Shown in pieces: positions 1 to 17,000 of a stretch of 64,000 bases of DNA. Each line of letters starts with the position of its first letter. Position 1 is the first letter of the stretch. Location: NCBI RefSeq assembly GCF_009914755.1, contig NC_060927.1; one strand, given 5' to 3'. The position numbers were made by a program, and so were the translations under genes. The notes under the pieces are model-generated. The model searched no databases. It saw only the letters and a list, made by a program, of their open reading frames with translations, and was not told the DNA's origin. Origin of the DNA: the human T2T-CHM13v2.0 reference genome, Homo sapiens.

Positions 1-244
1 TATACCACATGCTATTTCCTCAACACATGGCACAGTGCTTAGCATTAAGTGGAAATTTAAAAAAAAAAAAAAAACCACTTCGAAGAAGTCTTAACCCAGC
101 CTTCTCAAACAAGGTTTCATGAGATCAAGGGTCAAAATTTAATTTAAAAAATTTTTTTTACACTTCACTGAGGATATTTTAGAAGAGAAATGTCTTTTAT
201 TCTTTACATAATGGTGAATAATATAATTTTTACAAAATATAATA

Positions 245-455
245 TAAAACCAGTTTGGTGCCACTGTCTTGATTTGCATTAAGGAGCCCGCAATTTTACT
301 CACAGTTGCTTTGCAATACCAGTGTAAACATTAACACAGTGAAAAAAAGGCAAATGAAGTCTTAGAATTATTTTGAAAATCAGTTTGCTCTTGCATACCC
401 ATGAAATTGTCTTGGAATCTCCCAGTGATCCACAGATCATACTTTGAAAACCTCT
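245..455 (-). mobile_element. hAT-Charlie1-family DNA transposon end fragment (MER119/Charlie1-like)
   Basis: CACAGATCATACTTTGAAAACC terminal motif; reverse resemblance to the start of the element at 25262. Confidence 0.55.
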
Positions 456-1005
456 TAGGGTACACTGGGCTTTAATTTTCTTGCAGATTGCATGTTGAGA
501 AGAACTGTCCCAAAACTATCCAATATTCAACTCTGACAATGGTGAGCATAATCGATTTCTTAATCATTCTTCCTATAAACATTAATTTGCTATTTTGCAA
601 TGTGAATGGTTCTGAGATTTTTCTGCCTACATAAAGAATTCCTCTCTAAGAAGTTCTTTTACCTCTGGTACACAATACTGTAATTTTATAACTTCCCTAT
701 CAGTTCTAAGTTATTTAAGGTGAATAAACAAATACTGGAAAAGTCTAATAAATATAAAACAGATTCGTGCAGCACTGGATAAGGTATTGGATAGACCTAC
801 AAACTTTTTCCACTTTCAAATTCTGTAACTAGGATCAGTTTCTTACTTGTCTCTTTCCTACTGATAAACTCAACATAGGGTGTTATTCTTATATTCATAA
901 ATATACAAAGCAACCACTAAATTGCATTATGATACAACCATGTCTTCCCCAACCTATTTATTAATACAAAGGTCTCAGTAATAGATTTTTCTGCCTCTTC
1001 CCTTA

Positions 1006-1345
<340 letters not shown>

Positions 1346-1412
1346 GAAATGTTCAAACAACTTGGTATTTCCTACCTGGAAAGACACTGGGAGTGTATGC
1401 AGTCATTAATCT

Positions 1413-1631
1413 CTTTTTTTTTTGAGATGGAGTTATGATTCTCCTGCCTCAGCCTCCCAAGTAGCTGGAATTACAGGTGCCCACAACCATGCTGGGCTAA
1501 TTTTTGTATTTTTAGTAGAGACGGGGTTTCAGTATGTTGGCCAGGCTGGTCTCAAACTTCTGACCTCACGATCCGCCCACCTCGGCCTCCCAAAGTGCTG
1601 GGATTACAGGTGTGAGCCACCTCGCCCGGCC
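1413..1631 (-). mobile_element. AluS with an internal right-arm deletion
   Basis: TSD GTCATTAATCT at 1402-1412 and 1632-1642; jumps from GAGATGGAGT to GATTCTCCTGCC. Confidence 0.93.
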
Positions 1632-2122
1632 GTCATTAATCTTAATCTACATCTACTTGTCTATGTACACTGACATAGTAACATTATAATTCTGGATTTA
1701 TTGTTTGATCAATATGAGGATTGTGAGAAGAATTAAGATACCTGGTAAGGATCTGAAGAATCTGACTTTATAAAATTAAACCTATTCATTAGTAAAAGGT
1801 AAAGCTTTACAAATAATGTTTTTCTCTTACTCTATGGCATTAATTTGTTAAATCAACTTTCCTTGGCATCTGTATGCATTATGTATATTAAACCTTCAGT
1901 GTACACTTTCAACTAAAAATAAAAATTGTTTAAAAAACTGTCACCAATTTTAATATTCTAAACCACAGAATTAAAAAAATAAATTTAGTTGATCTATTAC
2001 TATTTACTATTGTTTGTCATCAAGTTAAATTTGATTAACAGGGACTACTCAATAGTAAAAATTCAAAATAGAACCCCTGTGTAAGTTGTAAAATCTAAAC
2101 ATGTCTTCCAAATTCAACTTAC

Positions 2123-2175
2123 CTAGCAGCTTGAACTGCACTTAATTGAATTCCTTGGTTATCACTTGAAGCATT
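2123..2175 (-). CDS. KPNA4: KPNA4 exon 5 (NASSDNQGIQLSAVQAAR), start of ARM repeats; gene continues beyond the window's left edge
   Basis: 53 nt; acceptor tttttatag, donor TAG|GTAAGT (phase 2); importin-alpha ARM1 pattern QLxAxQxxR. Confidence 0.95.
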
Positions 2176-2270
2176 CTATAAAAAATAAAATAATTTATGA
2201 TGTAAATATATCACGATTAGCTGTTGAGGACAAGAAATGCAAATGAAGAGAGGGAAAAAATCCAACTTAC

Positions 2271-2300
2271 TTGAACAATAGCTTCTAGAGAGGTATTTTG
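2271..2300 (-). CDS. KPNA4: KPNA4 exon 4 (QNTSLEAIVQ), 30-nt exon
   Basis: Acceptor ttttttcccag, donor CAA|GTAAGT; phase 0-0; continues the frame. Confidence 0.94.
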
Positions 2301-2417
2301 CTGGGAAAAAAGTTAAAGAGAAAACTCAGTTAAAAAGTCACCTTAAAATTCTCTTATTAATGTGAAATCTTTCACTCGTACTTTTAAGTTACCAGAATAA
2401 CAATAACAATGACTTAC

Positions 2418-2507
2418 CACTCTATAATCACCATCTATATCAGAGTCTTCACAGATATCTTCATGTGGTACATTCCTTCTCTTTAAGAGATGTTCATCTC
2501 TTTTATT
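2418..2507 (-). CDS. KPNA4: KPNA4 exon 3 ([30 protein letters not shown]), autoinhibitory KRRNV motif
   Basis: 90 nt; T26-AAG acceptor, donor GTG|GTAAGT; KRRNV is the importin-alpha autoinhibitory NLS mimic. Confidence 0.96.
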
Positions 2508-3405
2508 CTTAAAAAAAAAAAAAAAAAAAAAAAAACCAAACAGAGAATTTGAGTTAAAAAGAAAACCTGAATACTTTCATACAAAGCTCAGGCAATCCTG
2601 TGCCTAAAAACTGAAATATGAAGTGCCTTTTAAAAGTAAAATTCAAATGTAAAAAATTAAACCAAACTGTGAATTAACCACTCACGCAACACTAATTTGA
2701 GTCCCAGTTCCCAAATATTACATTTTTAATGAACCGTGAACTATGTAAAAACAAACAAAACAAAACAAAAACAAAAGTTTGACTAAAAAATATAGTGTAC
2801 AGTTTAAGCCAGAACCAAACACAAATATTTATTTAAAAGTACTAAACCATTTTATACATGATCTGGGAGCTCCTCTTTACCACCTAAAAGCAAAGTCAAA
2901 GCAGAAGTTGGGCAGTTCAAAGTTAGACAAAAACCAACAATGTCTTACAAAAATCAAGGGCCATTTCAACTTCACTTAAAATGCTTGGAGCAAATTTATA
3001 AATATATTCTCAACTATAATACTTAAAAGTTGAAGAAGTTTGCAACAAGTTCTTTTCAGGGACTTACTACTGCCCATTAATAGCAGAACTATTTAATACA
3101 ACTGTATCTCAATGACTTATACTTTAAGTTCTTTATATCTGTTTTTGCATAATGAACAAGTAACTAGTTGTATCCTTTCAACTTCAAAAGCCTGTCAAAT
3201 TTAGTCAAAATCTCTCCTTTTTCTAAAGAAAAATGCTTAGCAGTTGAGATTTTAAAAAGTTTAACTAAATTTAGTAAATAAAATTTAGTTATACAATAGG
3301 TTATACATTTTACCTAAAAACATAATATATATTTGGCATCTTGTATATAATGCTATAATGTTGTTAGAATTATGCTTAGAAGTACCCAATATTAATCAGA
3401 CTCAC

Positions 3406-3450
3406 CTTCCTTAATTCAACTACAACTTCATTTCGTTGTCTTCTCATAGT
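3406..3450 (-). CDS. KPNA4: KPNA4 exon 2 (TMRRQRNEVVVELRK), IBB domain
   Basis: 45 nt; acceptor ttttttgtag, donor AAG|GTGAGT; in frame with exon 1; importin-alpha IBB motif RRxR...ELRK. Confidence 0.96.
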
Positions 3451-4706
3451 CTACAAAAAAATTAAAGGAAAATATTTTTAAAATCACCTCAAATTCCATT
3501 ATCCAGAGAAAACCACTATTAACATTTCAATATACACCTCTAATCTTTTCTTTTAGCCATATGGATATAAAGTCAAATCTTACTCATAATAAAAATCATA
3601 CTATGTAGATGATTTTCAATCTTCATTTCCCATTCATATTGCAAAACATGAAAAATCTCTTTGAAATTATTAATACAATATTGGCTATATCACAATTTTA
3701 AAAACTATAATATAAGGTTTATAAAAATACAGAGGTACAAAGAATAAAAGAGCCCATAATCTCACCCCTCATATGAACCGATGATATTACAAAAAATAAC
3801 ACACGTACAAGATTAGTAAATTCAACTATTTAAAAAAAAAAAGCGAAAAAAAGCCAAAGGAGCCCTCCTGCTCACCCACAATTTCCTTATCTCATAGAAA
3901 ACACTGTTAGATTTACCATGATTCTGACACGTCTATCTATCCTGTTTTTTACCTTGTTTTGGTTTACTTTGTTTATAGAACTTAGAGATATTCCATGGTG
4001 GTGTATAAAGACCTATTTTATTATTTTTCATGGTCACCCAATTTTCTATGGCACACCATGGCCATTCTTTTACTTTTAAACATATTTTTCTCATTTTTTA
4101 AGTTACTTACTACAGGCATGTGTGTTCACTGTAAAACATTCAAATGTTCAGAAACAATATAAGTTCAATCTGTTTTTACATACAGGTTCACCTTATTCTT
4201 TCTAATGACTGTGTATTACGTAGCGGTAACAACTCAGAAAGTCATACTAGATGTCTAATAAATATCACAAACTTAAATCCAAAACTGAACTTTTGATCTT
4301 TAATACACTCCACCTGCCATCTCAGCAAATGGCAACTCCATCCTTGCAGCTGCAAAGACCAAAAACCTTGGAGCCATCCTTGATTATTTTTCTCTCACAT
4401 TACATATTCAATCTGTCAGCAAATCCTGTTGGTTCAACCTTCAAGACATACAATCCAAACACATATCACTGCCTCCTCTGCTACTATTCTGGGCCAACGT
4501 ACCATTATCTCTCAACTAGATAACTGTGAAAGTCTCCTAACATGTAGCCCTCCTGCTCTTACCCTCTGTCTTCCTCCAGAGTCTAGTATAATGACAGCAA
4601 CCAGAGTAATCCTCATAGGAAGTCTTAATTTTTATGTGCCATGGACTCCTTTGGCAGTTTGGTATAATCAATGGATACTTTCTCAGATAGTGTTTTTAAA
4701 TACAGA

Positions 4707-4801
4707 CACACACACACACTATATATATATATGTATATATATGTATGTATATATGTATATATATGTATATATGTGTGTATATATGTACATATATATACAT
4801 A
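4707..4801. repeat. (CA)n followed by degenerate (TA)n/(TATG)n microsatellite
   Basis: Directly visible. Confidence 0.95.
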
Positions 4802-6602
4802 TTTAGTTACAAAGGAAACTATCTTGATACATAAATGTAAAAAAAAGAGCTGTAAATATAAAAAAATGTAATGTAAGTGCTTCTTTATTATCACATTAAA
4901 TGGGATCTAGCAGTGGGTCTAGTAACTACTATAACTTCAAAGTAATGACGACCATAAATGCAACAAAGAGGTGATTTTTATTGGTGGTAACAGTCACAGG
5001 TAATTCTAATATTACTATGGTTAACTGGCTACATTGAGTGAAGGAAACACTGCTTCAGTTATAAGTTAGTGAAAATAAAGATGTAATTTCTTCTAAATTC
5101 CAGGGGCCCTCCTGAATTCTACCCATAGACTCCAAGGAAGGAAAGGTCCAAGGAATCAGTAAAAAATATTTTGTAAAAAGTCAGATCATATCATCCTCCT
5201 GTTCAAAAATATCCAAAGACTCTCACACGCTCCACTTCGGACTTAAAAGCCCAGTCTTTACAGTGGCTTACGTCCAGTCAAATCTTCCCACCTCATTCCT
5301 TCCCTAAATACCACTGCTTGGACCTTAGCTCCTACCATTATCTTCATTCATTCTGCTATACTCACACCAACTCTGCTATTTCTCGAACACACTGTAAAGT
5401 CTCTTGTAGCAAGGCCTTAACTAATACACTATACAGTAACTTCTCAGAAGATGGACTCCAAAGTCAAACTGCCTGGGTTCAATTTTTTTAGCCATACTAC
5501 TTACTAGCTCTCTGCACTTCAGTTTCCTTATCTATAAAATTGGGATAGTAAAAACACCCTCTTTACAGGACTGCTGTTAAGGATTAAATCAGCTAAAATA
5601 TGTAAAGTACTTAAACTGTCCCTGGTACACAGCAGTGTATGTGTTAGCTTAGTATTACTGCTGCTGCTATTTCCTCAGTTTGGAATGCTCTTCCCCTACT
5701 ACCTGCAGTGCTCAGTTCCTTACCTCTATGGGAAGGCTTTTCCCTTCCTGACCATCTGCCAACTCTCTATTTGGGTACTTTCTCTCTCTCTCTCTCTTCC
5801 CTGCCTTATTTATCTCTATACCATTTATCACTTTCTAATATACTATGCAACTTTATTTGGTACAGATATAGATTTTTTAAAACACCAGGAGTCAATGTTA
5901 AAATAACAAAATAGGCTGCAAAATGAGTAAAAATAATTAGCTAAATACTACGGTAAGTGTTAACATCTATCTCATATAATCATTATAGCCTTATGAGGTA
6001 AGAATAAAACAACCCTTTATTTCTTTTTAAAAATAAGAAAACTGAGGCTTAGAGAAGTTAGATTGTTTGTCCAAAGGTGGCTAGGATTACAACCCAGACA
6101 GTCTCACACAAAGCCACTTAACCACTAAGCCATATTGTTTTCCACACTTCTCGAAGTCAGAGTTCAAGTGAATTGGAGAGCCAATGGTTCACACTAAAGC
6201 AAAAGTAGTATTACCAACACAATGAGCTTTGCATAATATCACAATATGAAATCAATAAGCAATTCTAGTAACAAAAAACTATGACCTATGTCTCAGGCAC
6301 AGAAAACAATATCTGTAGGATGCATTACTTAAGACTGTTCAACAAATAAATAAGGTAGACTTCTGAGGGACTGGGTATTTCCAGTCTAAGGAAAGTTTTT
6401 ATTAGCAATCACTTCATCTAAAGTAGGAGGATTAAGGTATAATGGGCTTTAACTTCTTTTCATTAGAGCATACTATTAAATAAATCCCAAACAACTACAT
6501 ACTGCATATTTACATAAATGTTTTGTTTACTCCAAAAAATTTTCTCCCATTATATTACATCTCATTTATTAAATCCAGAGATTTACGAAAAATTTTCTTT
6601 TT

Positions 6603-6908
6603 CTTTTCTTTTTTTTTTTTTTTTGGTGAGACGGAGTCTCACTTTGTCGCCCAGGCTGGAGTACAGTAACGGGATCTCGGCTCACTGCAACCTCCGCCTC
6701 CTGGGTTCAAGCAATTCTCCTGCCTCAGCCTCCTGAGTAGCTGGGACTACAGGCTCATGCCACCACGCCCGGCTAAGTTTTTGTGTTTTTAGTAGAGATG
6801 GGGTTTCACCGTGTTAGCCAGGCTGGTCTCGAACTCCTGACCTCATGATCCACCCGCCTCGGCCTCCCAAAGTGCTGGGATTACAAGCGTGAGCCACCGC
6901 GCCTGACC
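6603..6908 (-). mobile_element. AluS
   Basis: Full dimer; TSD CGAAAAATTTTC / CGAAAGATTTTC. Confidence 0.95.
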
Positions 6909-8255
6909 CGAAAGATTTTCTTTTTACTTGATACTCATTTGTTACAACAAAGTCTGGAGGTTTTTTGATAATTTGAAACTACTAATAAAGCATTTATCAA
7001 ACCAACTTAGCACTGTAGTAACAACATAAGACCAGGCTATTACCACTTTCACAGAAACTTTGCAAAATAAGAGATTTGACAATCCCTTCATTATAGAGCA
7101 AGGGTTTTCTTTTCCTCTCCAAGGTAGAGAATGAATGAACTGGTAGAAAGACACCCTATGCACCACAGCCTGGCAGCATTTGGGCATGTTTTTTACTCCA
7201 AACAATAGTTGTTCTTCGGGACCCCATGAAAGGGATATATAAGACTTCTAAGCCTGTCCTTAAAGAGCAGGCTTTGTATACTACATGAAAATATATTAGT
7301 TGTGAATTCACATGACTTACACTGATGCAGTAAGCAGTGGTGTCAATTAGAATTCCAGAAAGCTGACAAACTGGCCAAAGGCTTATGTATAGGCCAGAGA
7401 GCTATATAAAGGACAGCGACTGTAAGTGGGGGAGGTTGAGGACTGTTGCTGCTATTTCCTCAAAGGAGGTGGGTAGAGTTTAGGCAGATCACTCAGGTAT
7501 TTTATATTTCTTTGCTTGTCAAACAGTTATAAAATTATAAATTCAGGCAAAAGGGGATAAGAAATTGACAAAAAATTTTAAGCAAGTCAAAACAGAATGC
7601 TAGCTCTATTTAAAAGGAATGCAGTTTGTGTATTTAATGAACATTTACTATGCATCCATCACTGTATTAAGCACTAGGGACTAAACACTTACCCTGCTTT
7701 AATGAGGTGTAGATTCTAGTATTTTCTTTCCACTTAATTGCTCCTTAATTTCTGATTAGTGGCTACTTGATTCCTGCTAATTTTCAAGTCAGTTTTACCA
7801 ACACATGGTTTTTCTTTAAAGCCCTAAAAATTGTTAGTTTAAAATATGACATAGTAATTACTGTACAATTTTGGATATTTTAAATTTTCTTGAGCAAAGT
7901 TAGGATTTAGTTAGGACTCAATCTCACTAGAGAAAAATGTTAAAGAAAATTCTTTCTAAATAATACAAAGATAAGAAATACAATGTCTTCATTTTATTTC
8001 ACCCAGCCTGACTTTCATTGATACCTTGGGAAGGTTAATACTTAGGTAACAGCACTACCAAAAAAAAAAGAAAATAAGAATTAAAAAATTTGTACAGGCA
8101 CGAGAGATCTTCTGTGTGGTGACTAGGATATATTCTAAAACTGAATTGTGATAATGGTTGCATAACTATGAAAATTTACTAAATATCATTGAATTCTACA
8201 CTTAAAATTGGTGAATTTTATGAGAGGTAATAAAGCGGTTTTTAAAAGTTATATA

Positions 8256-8260
<5 letters not shown>

Positions 8261-8296
<36 letters not shown>
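8261..8296. repeat. (AC)18 microsatellite
   Basis: Perfect dinucleotide run. Confidence 0.98.
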
Positions 8297-8298
<2 letters not shown>

Positions 8299-9932
8299 CT
8301 TCCCTCCCCAACATGAGTTAACAGTATTACTAATTTAGAGACTCCTGGAAAGCATTCATTCAAACATTTATTAATCACCTAATTGCCAAGCATTAGAAAT
8401 ACAAAGATGGACCAGACACTGCATATCTATGCCCTTAAGGAGGTAGCACTCTTCTGATACAGAAATATAACTTAGTAAAATAGTAATAAGGCCCAAACTT
8501 AGCAAACAGCAAGTGCCAAACACCATTCTAAACATGTTACTTGACTGTACTTATTTAATACACGTATTAATAACATGCACACAACGCACTCTGACAGTAA
8601 AGAGGGTAATTACTAAAGATAACATGTAAGCTTAATTTTTAAGACTGAACGGCAATCCATTTAGAGAAAGGCATTCCAGGTAGAAAATATAGCATGTACA
8701 AAAAGAGAGAACTATGAAAGATGGCATGTGTGGAATCTGCTGAAGAATATCAGAAGCCAGAAATGAACAGGTAGGCAAGGAGACAAATCAATCACATAAC
8801 ATAAAGCTAAGCTATACTTTCTAGAGAAAAGTGAGTTACTGGTGATTTCAACCCAAATTATCATCACAACCCAAACACATTTGGTAGGTAAAACAGTTGT
8901 TCAACCCGATTACATGGTGAACCAAAAGCTAAAACAGCATAACTAGAAAAGTATGTTTTCCTATTTCTTATTTCTCTCTCTCTGCAGCAGCAACCATCAT
9001 GGTGCTTATTCATGCCTTTGTCAAATAGTATTTATGTTGGCAAACTGCATGTAATTAGCAAATAAATTACATTATGACAATAAAAGGGAAAGTTTAAATG
9101 CCTAACACTGTTAAATGCTTACTCAAGTGGGTCAATAATTAATATCTCCTAAGGATAAAAACCCATATTACAATCCTTCATTTAGAAAAGTTCATTTAAG
9201 AAGTAAGTTTAGTTCAAATTTTCAATCTGTAGATTTATTTCTCACAGGTAGCACTTATTAACACTAGTATTAAAGGCCTGAAGTTCTACTAGTGATGGGC
9301 AAAAGTCTTCTCAAGCAGAATCAAGTTCTTATCTCTTTAAGAAGTGATAAGATTAATGGACACTGAGCATAAGTGAAGAGAAGTCTGAAAATACATTGAG
9401 TGTAGGAGGTCAGACTTAATCTAGGCAAGCTATTGGAGCAATATTAAGAAATAATTCTAGTCTATAGATTCCATACTTTAAAATGATCCATATCTAAACT
9501 GTAAGCATTGAAAATTTATTAGTACATAAATATAATTTTTAAAAATTGCCAAAATGTAAGAAACTGTTAGGTGTTAACTCCAAAGAAAAGGATTAGAGTT
9601 TCACTATCTCTTCAACATTCAAACAACAGGAAAATGTATTAAATTAAAAAGTTATACATGTCTATTTGGAAAAGTCACAAAATAAAGAAGGGAAAAATCT
9701 GAATTCCCAGAGTTCTCTATATTCTTCTATCTTTTGCACGAGGTTACATATGATAGAAGAGAAAATAAATGCATACATCTCCTCCCAGGATGATTTCCTA
9801 GTATATGGTTATACTACTCTACTAGCATATGGCTACTAGTCCCAGCTCTACCTTTAATGAAATCATAGGCAAGTCACGACCTTTACGGGTATTAATTCCT
9901 TCACTTGTAAAGAGAATTCAATGGATCTCTGA

Positions 9933-10775
<843 letters not shown>

Positions 10776-11944
10776 TGACCTTTCAATAGCTAGTTTTGGT
10801 AGCAGAGACAATTACCAAACTGTGTGTGTGTGTTCATGTATATGTGCGCACTGGCAAACAGATGGTGTTCAACAGGGAAAGAAAAGAGGTTAGAAATGAC
10901 CATAGGTTTGGTGAGACACATATAACCTTCTCAGGGTTGGGAAACACTGCAAGATAAACTTTCAGAATCACTTATAGAAGGCGACTGAGGACAACCTATA
11001 AATAAATCTACTCTAGTAAACAAACACATATATAAGTTTTATATGAGCACAAAGGAAGGTACTCTAAGATTAATGGGTTATAAGGGAATTGATCAAATGC
11101 TACCAAGAATGATCACTTCTCTTCAAACTCCCTGCCAAGATCATGCCAGCATGGGTGACAGAGAGAGACTTTGTCTCAAAAAACAAAAAACTTTGAATCC
11201 TTAACAGAAGAAATAAAATTTCACAAACTGTTTGAGTGACTTGAAGAAAACTCAACTCATGGGAAAAGACACTGGGAAAAATTACCGAAGAAGAGTAAGA
11301 GAAGAAATGAGATATACCCAAATTAAGAAGGTCAATAGAACCCAAGCTTTTATATTACTGCTTGAAGGAATCTGATTTCTCTGCTGATTTGGTGCATTTT
11401 CAGATGAGAAAAATAGTTTTTTTTTTCCCATTTACAAAACTATACCAAATGTGTAAGCAAGAGAGATTGAGGAACATTTTCCTTCTATGTTATAAGAACA
11501 TAATAAACTCAAACTCATGGTTTTCTTACGGAAAAATTTAAGCAAATAGTATTATAGGATTTTGTAACTGGAGAGAATAGAAATCATTTAAACTATTTCA
11601 TTTTATGGAGAAAGGAACTATGGCCCAGCGACTTCAAGAATACCAAAGCTTAGATATCCTGGATCCAGTCCAATATTCTTTACACTGCATCACATTACTT
11701 TTTCATTCTAGGTCTACTTCTATTACATATTCCTTCAAATAAGCTATTTTTCCTTCTCTTTTTCTCTTCAGTGTTTACTTTCAAAATATTCTTTTTCTTT
11801 GTGAACTTATGTCAAAGACATTAAACTTAGCAACAGAAAAATCTTCATTGAAAGGTAAATTACTGAATTACTTTGCCAAAGCACTATTTTAAAAGCCCTC
11901 TAGTTATGTTCACATACTAAACAGATGTATGCATGTGCATAGGA

Positions 11945-13280
<1,336 letters not shown>

Positions 13281-14029
13281 TCACCAACCTTTGTTTGGAT
13301 AAACAAAGGTTCCGATATCGCTCCCCACCCCTCATCTACTGAATTCTGGTCTGTTTCTGCTACCATTATTCCCATCCCTGCACACTATTTAATATGCTTA
13401 AAATACCACTCAAGACTTAGAGCTTCTAACCCACGTCTCATTTATTGTGGTATAGTACTGAACTGAATAAGTTACAAAACTAAAACTGAGCCCTGGTATC
13501 TACAAAACATTAAATTTTCTCAAAATGGAAATGAAACTCACTCTCCGGCCCTTCTTTGGTCTCTTAAGCCACACTGCAAAGCGATTCCCATTTCTGGTGA
13601 TGTTTCCAGGGTGAGCTTTTGACTAAATCTGTGTAAACTGACCATAATGGTTCCCTTCAACTAACTAGTCAGTGGAGTATGTAGGCGACATGTGCAATCC
13701 CAAATTAACCAATTCTATAAGATGAATTTAAAAAGTCCAACTATGAAATGTCAAATATACAAACAAATTTCATGACATCCAATGTATTAATGTTATCTTG
13801 TCATATTTGCCTTTTTTTGAAGAAATAAAAATCTTAAAGTGTTATGAATACTGCTAAAATCTCCCTTTATTCACAATCCTCTCCTCCCCTTATTTTTCTC
13901 TGCCAAATGCAACCATTTTCCTAATTAATTGCCTGATTAGATTCTCATGGGTGTTTTGGTGTTTCTACTGCATATCACCAATTTTATATATTTAGGATTT
14001 TTACAGGAATGACACCATGCCACACAAAA

Positions 14030-17000
14030 GACTACTTTTCAAGCAGTTTTAGGTTTACAGGAAAACAGTAAAAAGTACAGACAGTTCCCATATATTCCCT
14101 GCCCCCACACAGGCAAATCCTCCCCCTACATCAACATCCTGTTACCAGAATGGTACATTTGTTACAACTGATGAGCCTACATGTACTATCACCCACAGTC
14201 CATAATTTACATTAGGGTTCATTCTTGGTGTCGCATACTCTACAGGTTTTAACAAATGTATAATGATATGCATCCATTAGTATCAAACAGTATTTTATCA
14301 CTGCCCTAAAATCCTCTGTGCTCTCCTTATTCATCTCCCTCACCCTCAACCCCTGGCAACTACTGATCTTTTTACTGTCTCTATAGTTTTGCCTTTTAAA
14401 GAATGTCATATAGTTGGAAGTATAGAGTATACAGTCTTTCAGATTGTCTTGTTTCTTTTAGCAATATGCATTTAAGATTCTCCATGTCTTTTCATGGCTT
14501 AACAGCTCATTTCTTCTTAGCACTGACTAATATGCCATTGTCTGGATATATCACAATTTATCCATTTACCTACTGAAGGACACCTTAGTTGCTTCCAAGT
14601 TTTGGCAATTATGAATAAAGCTGCTCTGTGTGGACATAAGTTTTGAACTCATTTGGTTAATTACCAAGGCGTGCTATTGTTGGGTCATATGGTAAGAGTA
14701 TGTTCAGTTTTGTACTGCCTCTCAAAGTGATTGTACCATTTTGCCTTCCCAACCAACAATGAATCAGAGTTCCTGTTGCTCCACATCCTCACCGGCATGT
14801 GGTGTTGTTAGTGCTCTGGGTTTTTTTTTGTTGTTGTTGGTGGTGGTGGTAATATATACATAACAATAAAATTTACTATCTTAACCACTTTAAAATTTAG
14901 AAAATTTCAGAAAAACTGTAGTAAAAAACACATAACATAAGCTTTACCACTTTAACTATTTTAAAGTGAGTTCGGCAGCATTAAGAATGTTCATATTGTT
15001 GTGCATCAAATCTCCCAAAACTATCCTGGTCTTGCAAAAACGAAACACTACATCCATTAAACAACTCCCTATCTCCTTCCCTCTATCCCCTGGCAACCAT
15101 TATTCCTTTTCCTGTTTCTATGCATTTGCCTATTCTAGGTACCTTGTATAAGTGGAATTATACAGTATTTTTTTGTGTGTGACTGGCATATTTCGCTTGG
15201 CATAATGCTTATGGTTCATCCATGTTGTAATATGTCAGAATTTCCTTCCTTTTTAAGTCTAAATAATATTCCACTGTATGTACATACACATTTTATCTAT
15301 CTATTTTATACATTAAATAACCTTTTGCTTCCACTTTTGGATACTGCAAATGCTGCTACTATAAACTAGAGTGTACAAGTATCTTAGTTCCCGCTTTCAA
15401 TTCATCTGGATATATACTCAGAAGTGGAATTGCTGGGTCATATAATAATTCTATTTTTCACTTTTTGGGAACCACCATCCTGTTTTTCATAGTAGCTTCA
15501 CCATTTTACATTCTCACCAATAATGCACAAGATTCTGAATTCTCCACATCTTCACCAACAGTTATTTTGTTTTTGTTGTTTTGATAGTAGTCATCTTAAT
15601 GGGTGGGAGATGGTATAGTTGCTTTGATCTGCATTTCCCTAATGATTACTGATGTTGAGCATCTTTTCATGTGCTTACTGGCTATTTTGTTTATCCTCCT
15701 TAGAGAAATATCTTTTCAAGCCTTTTGCGCATTTTAAAATAGGGTTGTTGGTTTTTGCTATTGTTGAGTTTTAGGAGTTCTTTATATATTCTGGATACTA
15801 ATCCTTTATCAGATACATCATTTGCAAATATTTTCTCACATTCTGCAGGTTGTCTTTTCACTCGATTGTTTCCTTGGCTGCACATCAACTTTTCAGTTTG
15901 ATGTTGTTCCACTTGTCTATTTTTGCTTTTATAGCTTTGCTTTTAAGTGTCTTATCCAAGAAATCAGTGCCAAGACCAAAGTTATAAAACTTTCTCTATT
16001 TTCTTCTAGTTTACCAGTTTCAGATCTTATGTTTAAGTCTTTTATCCATTTTGAGTTGATTTTTGTATATAGTACAAGGGTCCAATTTCAGTCTTTTGCA
16101 TGGTGGATATCAAGTTTTCCCAGCACCGTTTGTTAAAGGACTATCCTTTCTCCAATGTGTAGTCTTGGTATCTCTGTCAAAGATTATTTGCCCGAATATG
16201 CAGGGGTTCATTTCTGGGCTCTCTATTCTGTTCCACTGTTTATGTCTTTATGCCAGTACACCATACTGATTTGACTACAGTAGCTTTGTAATATGTCTTT
16301 CAGTCTGGAAGCATGAGGTCTCCAGGCTTGTTCTTTCTCAAGATTGTTTTGGATATTCAGAGTCCTTGTGGTACCTTATGAAGACTGCTTTTCCATTTCT
16401 GTAAAAAATGCTGCCATGATTTTGATAGGGCTTGCAATGGAATATTTAGACTGCTTTGAGTATCATGGACATTTTAACAATATTAAGTTTTCCATGAACA
16501 TTGGATTGTTTTCCATTTGTGTTTCTTTCTTTCAGCAATGTTTTGCATATAAGCCTTTCTTTTATTTGGTTAGGTTTATTCCTAAGTATTTTTTCTGACA
16601 CTATTGGAAATGAGATTTTCTTAATTCCCTTTTCAGATTGTTCACTGTTAGTGTATAGAAACAGCTGTTTTTTTGTATGTTGACTTTGTATCCTGCAACT
16701 TTGCTAAATTTATTAGTTCTAATCATTTTTGTGGAATCTTTAGGGTGATTGTGTCATCTGTGAACAGAGATAATTTTACATCTTTGTTATAGATTTGGAT
16801 GTCTTTCATTTCTTTTTCTTGCCCAACTGCTCTAGCTAGGGCTTCTAGTACTATGTTGAAGAGAAATGCCAAGGGTGAGCATCCTTGTTTGTTTTGTTTT
16901 GAAAGAGTCTTATTCTGTTGCCCAGGCTGCAGTGCAGTGGCAGTCACTTCAGTCTCAAAATCCTGGGCTCAAGCAATCTTCCCCCCTCAGCCTTCCAAGT

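Noticed and set aside
4429-4894. ORFs with YIYMYV-type repeats
   Set aside because: Translations of the TA/CA microsatellite.
11135-11190. Short Alu 3' remnant
   Set aside because: Ordinary truncated Alu tail; no informative junction structure seen.
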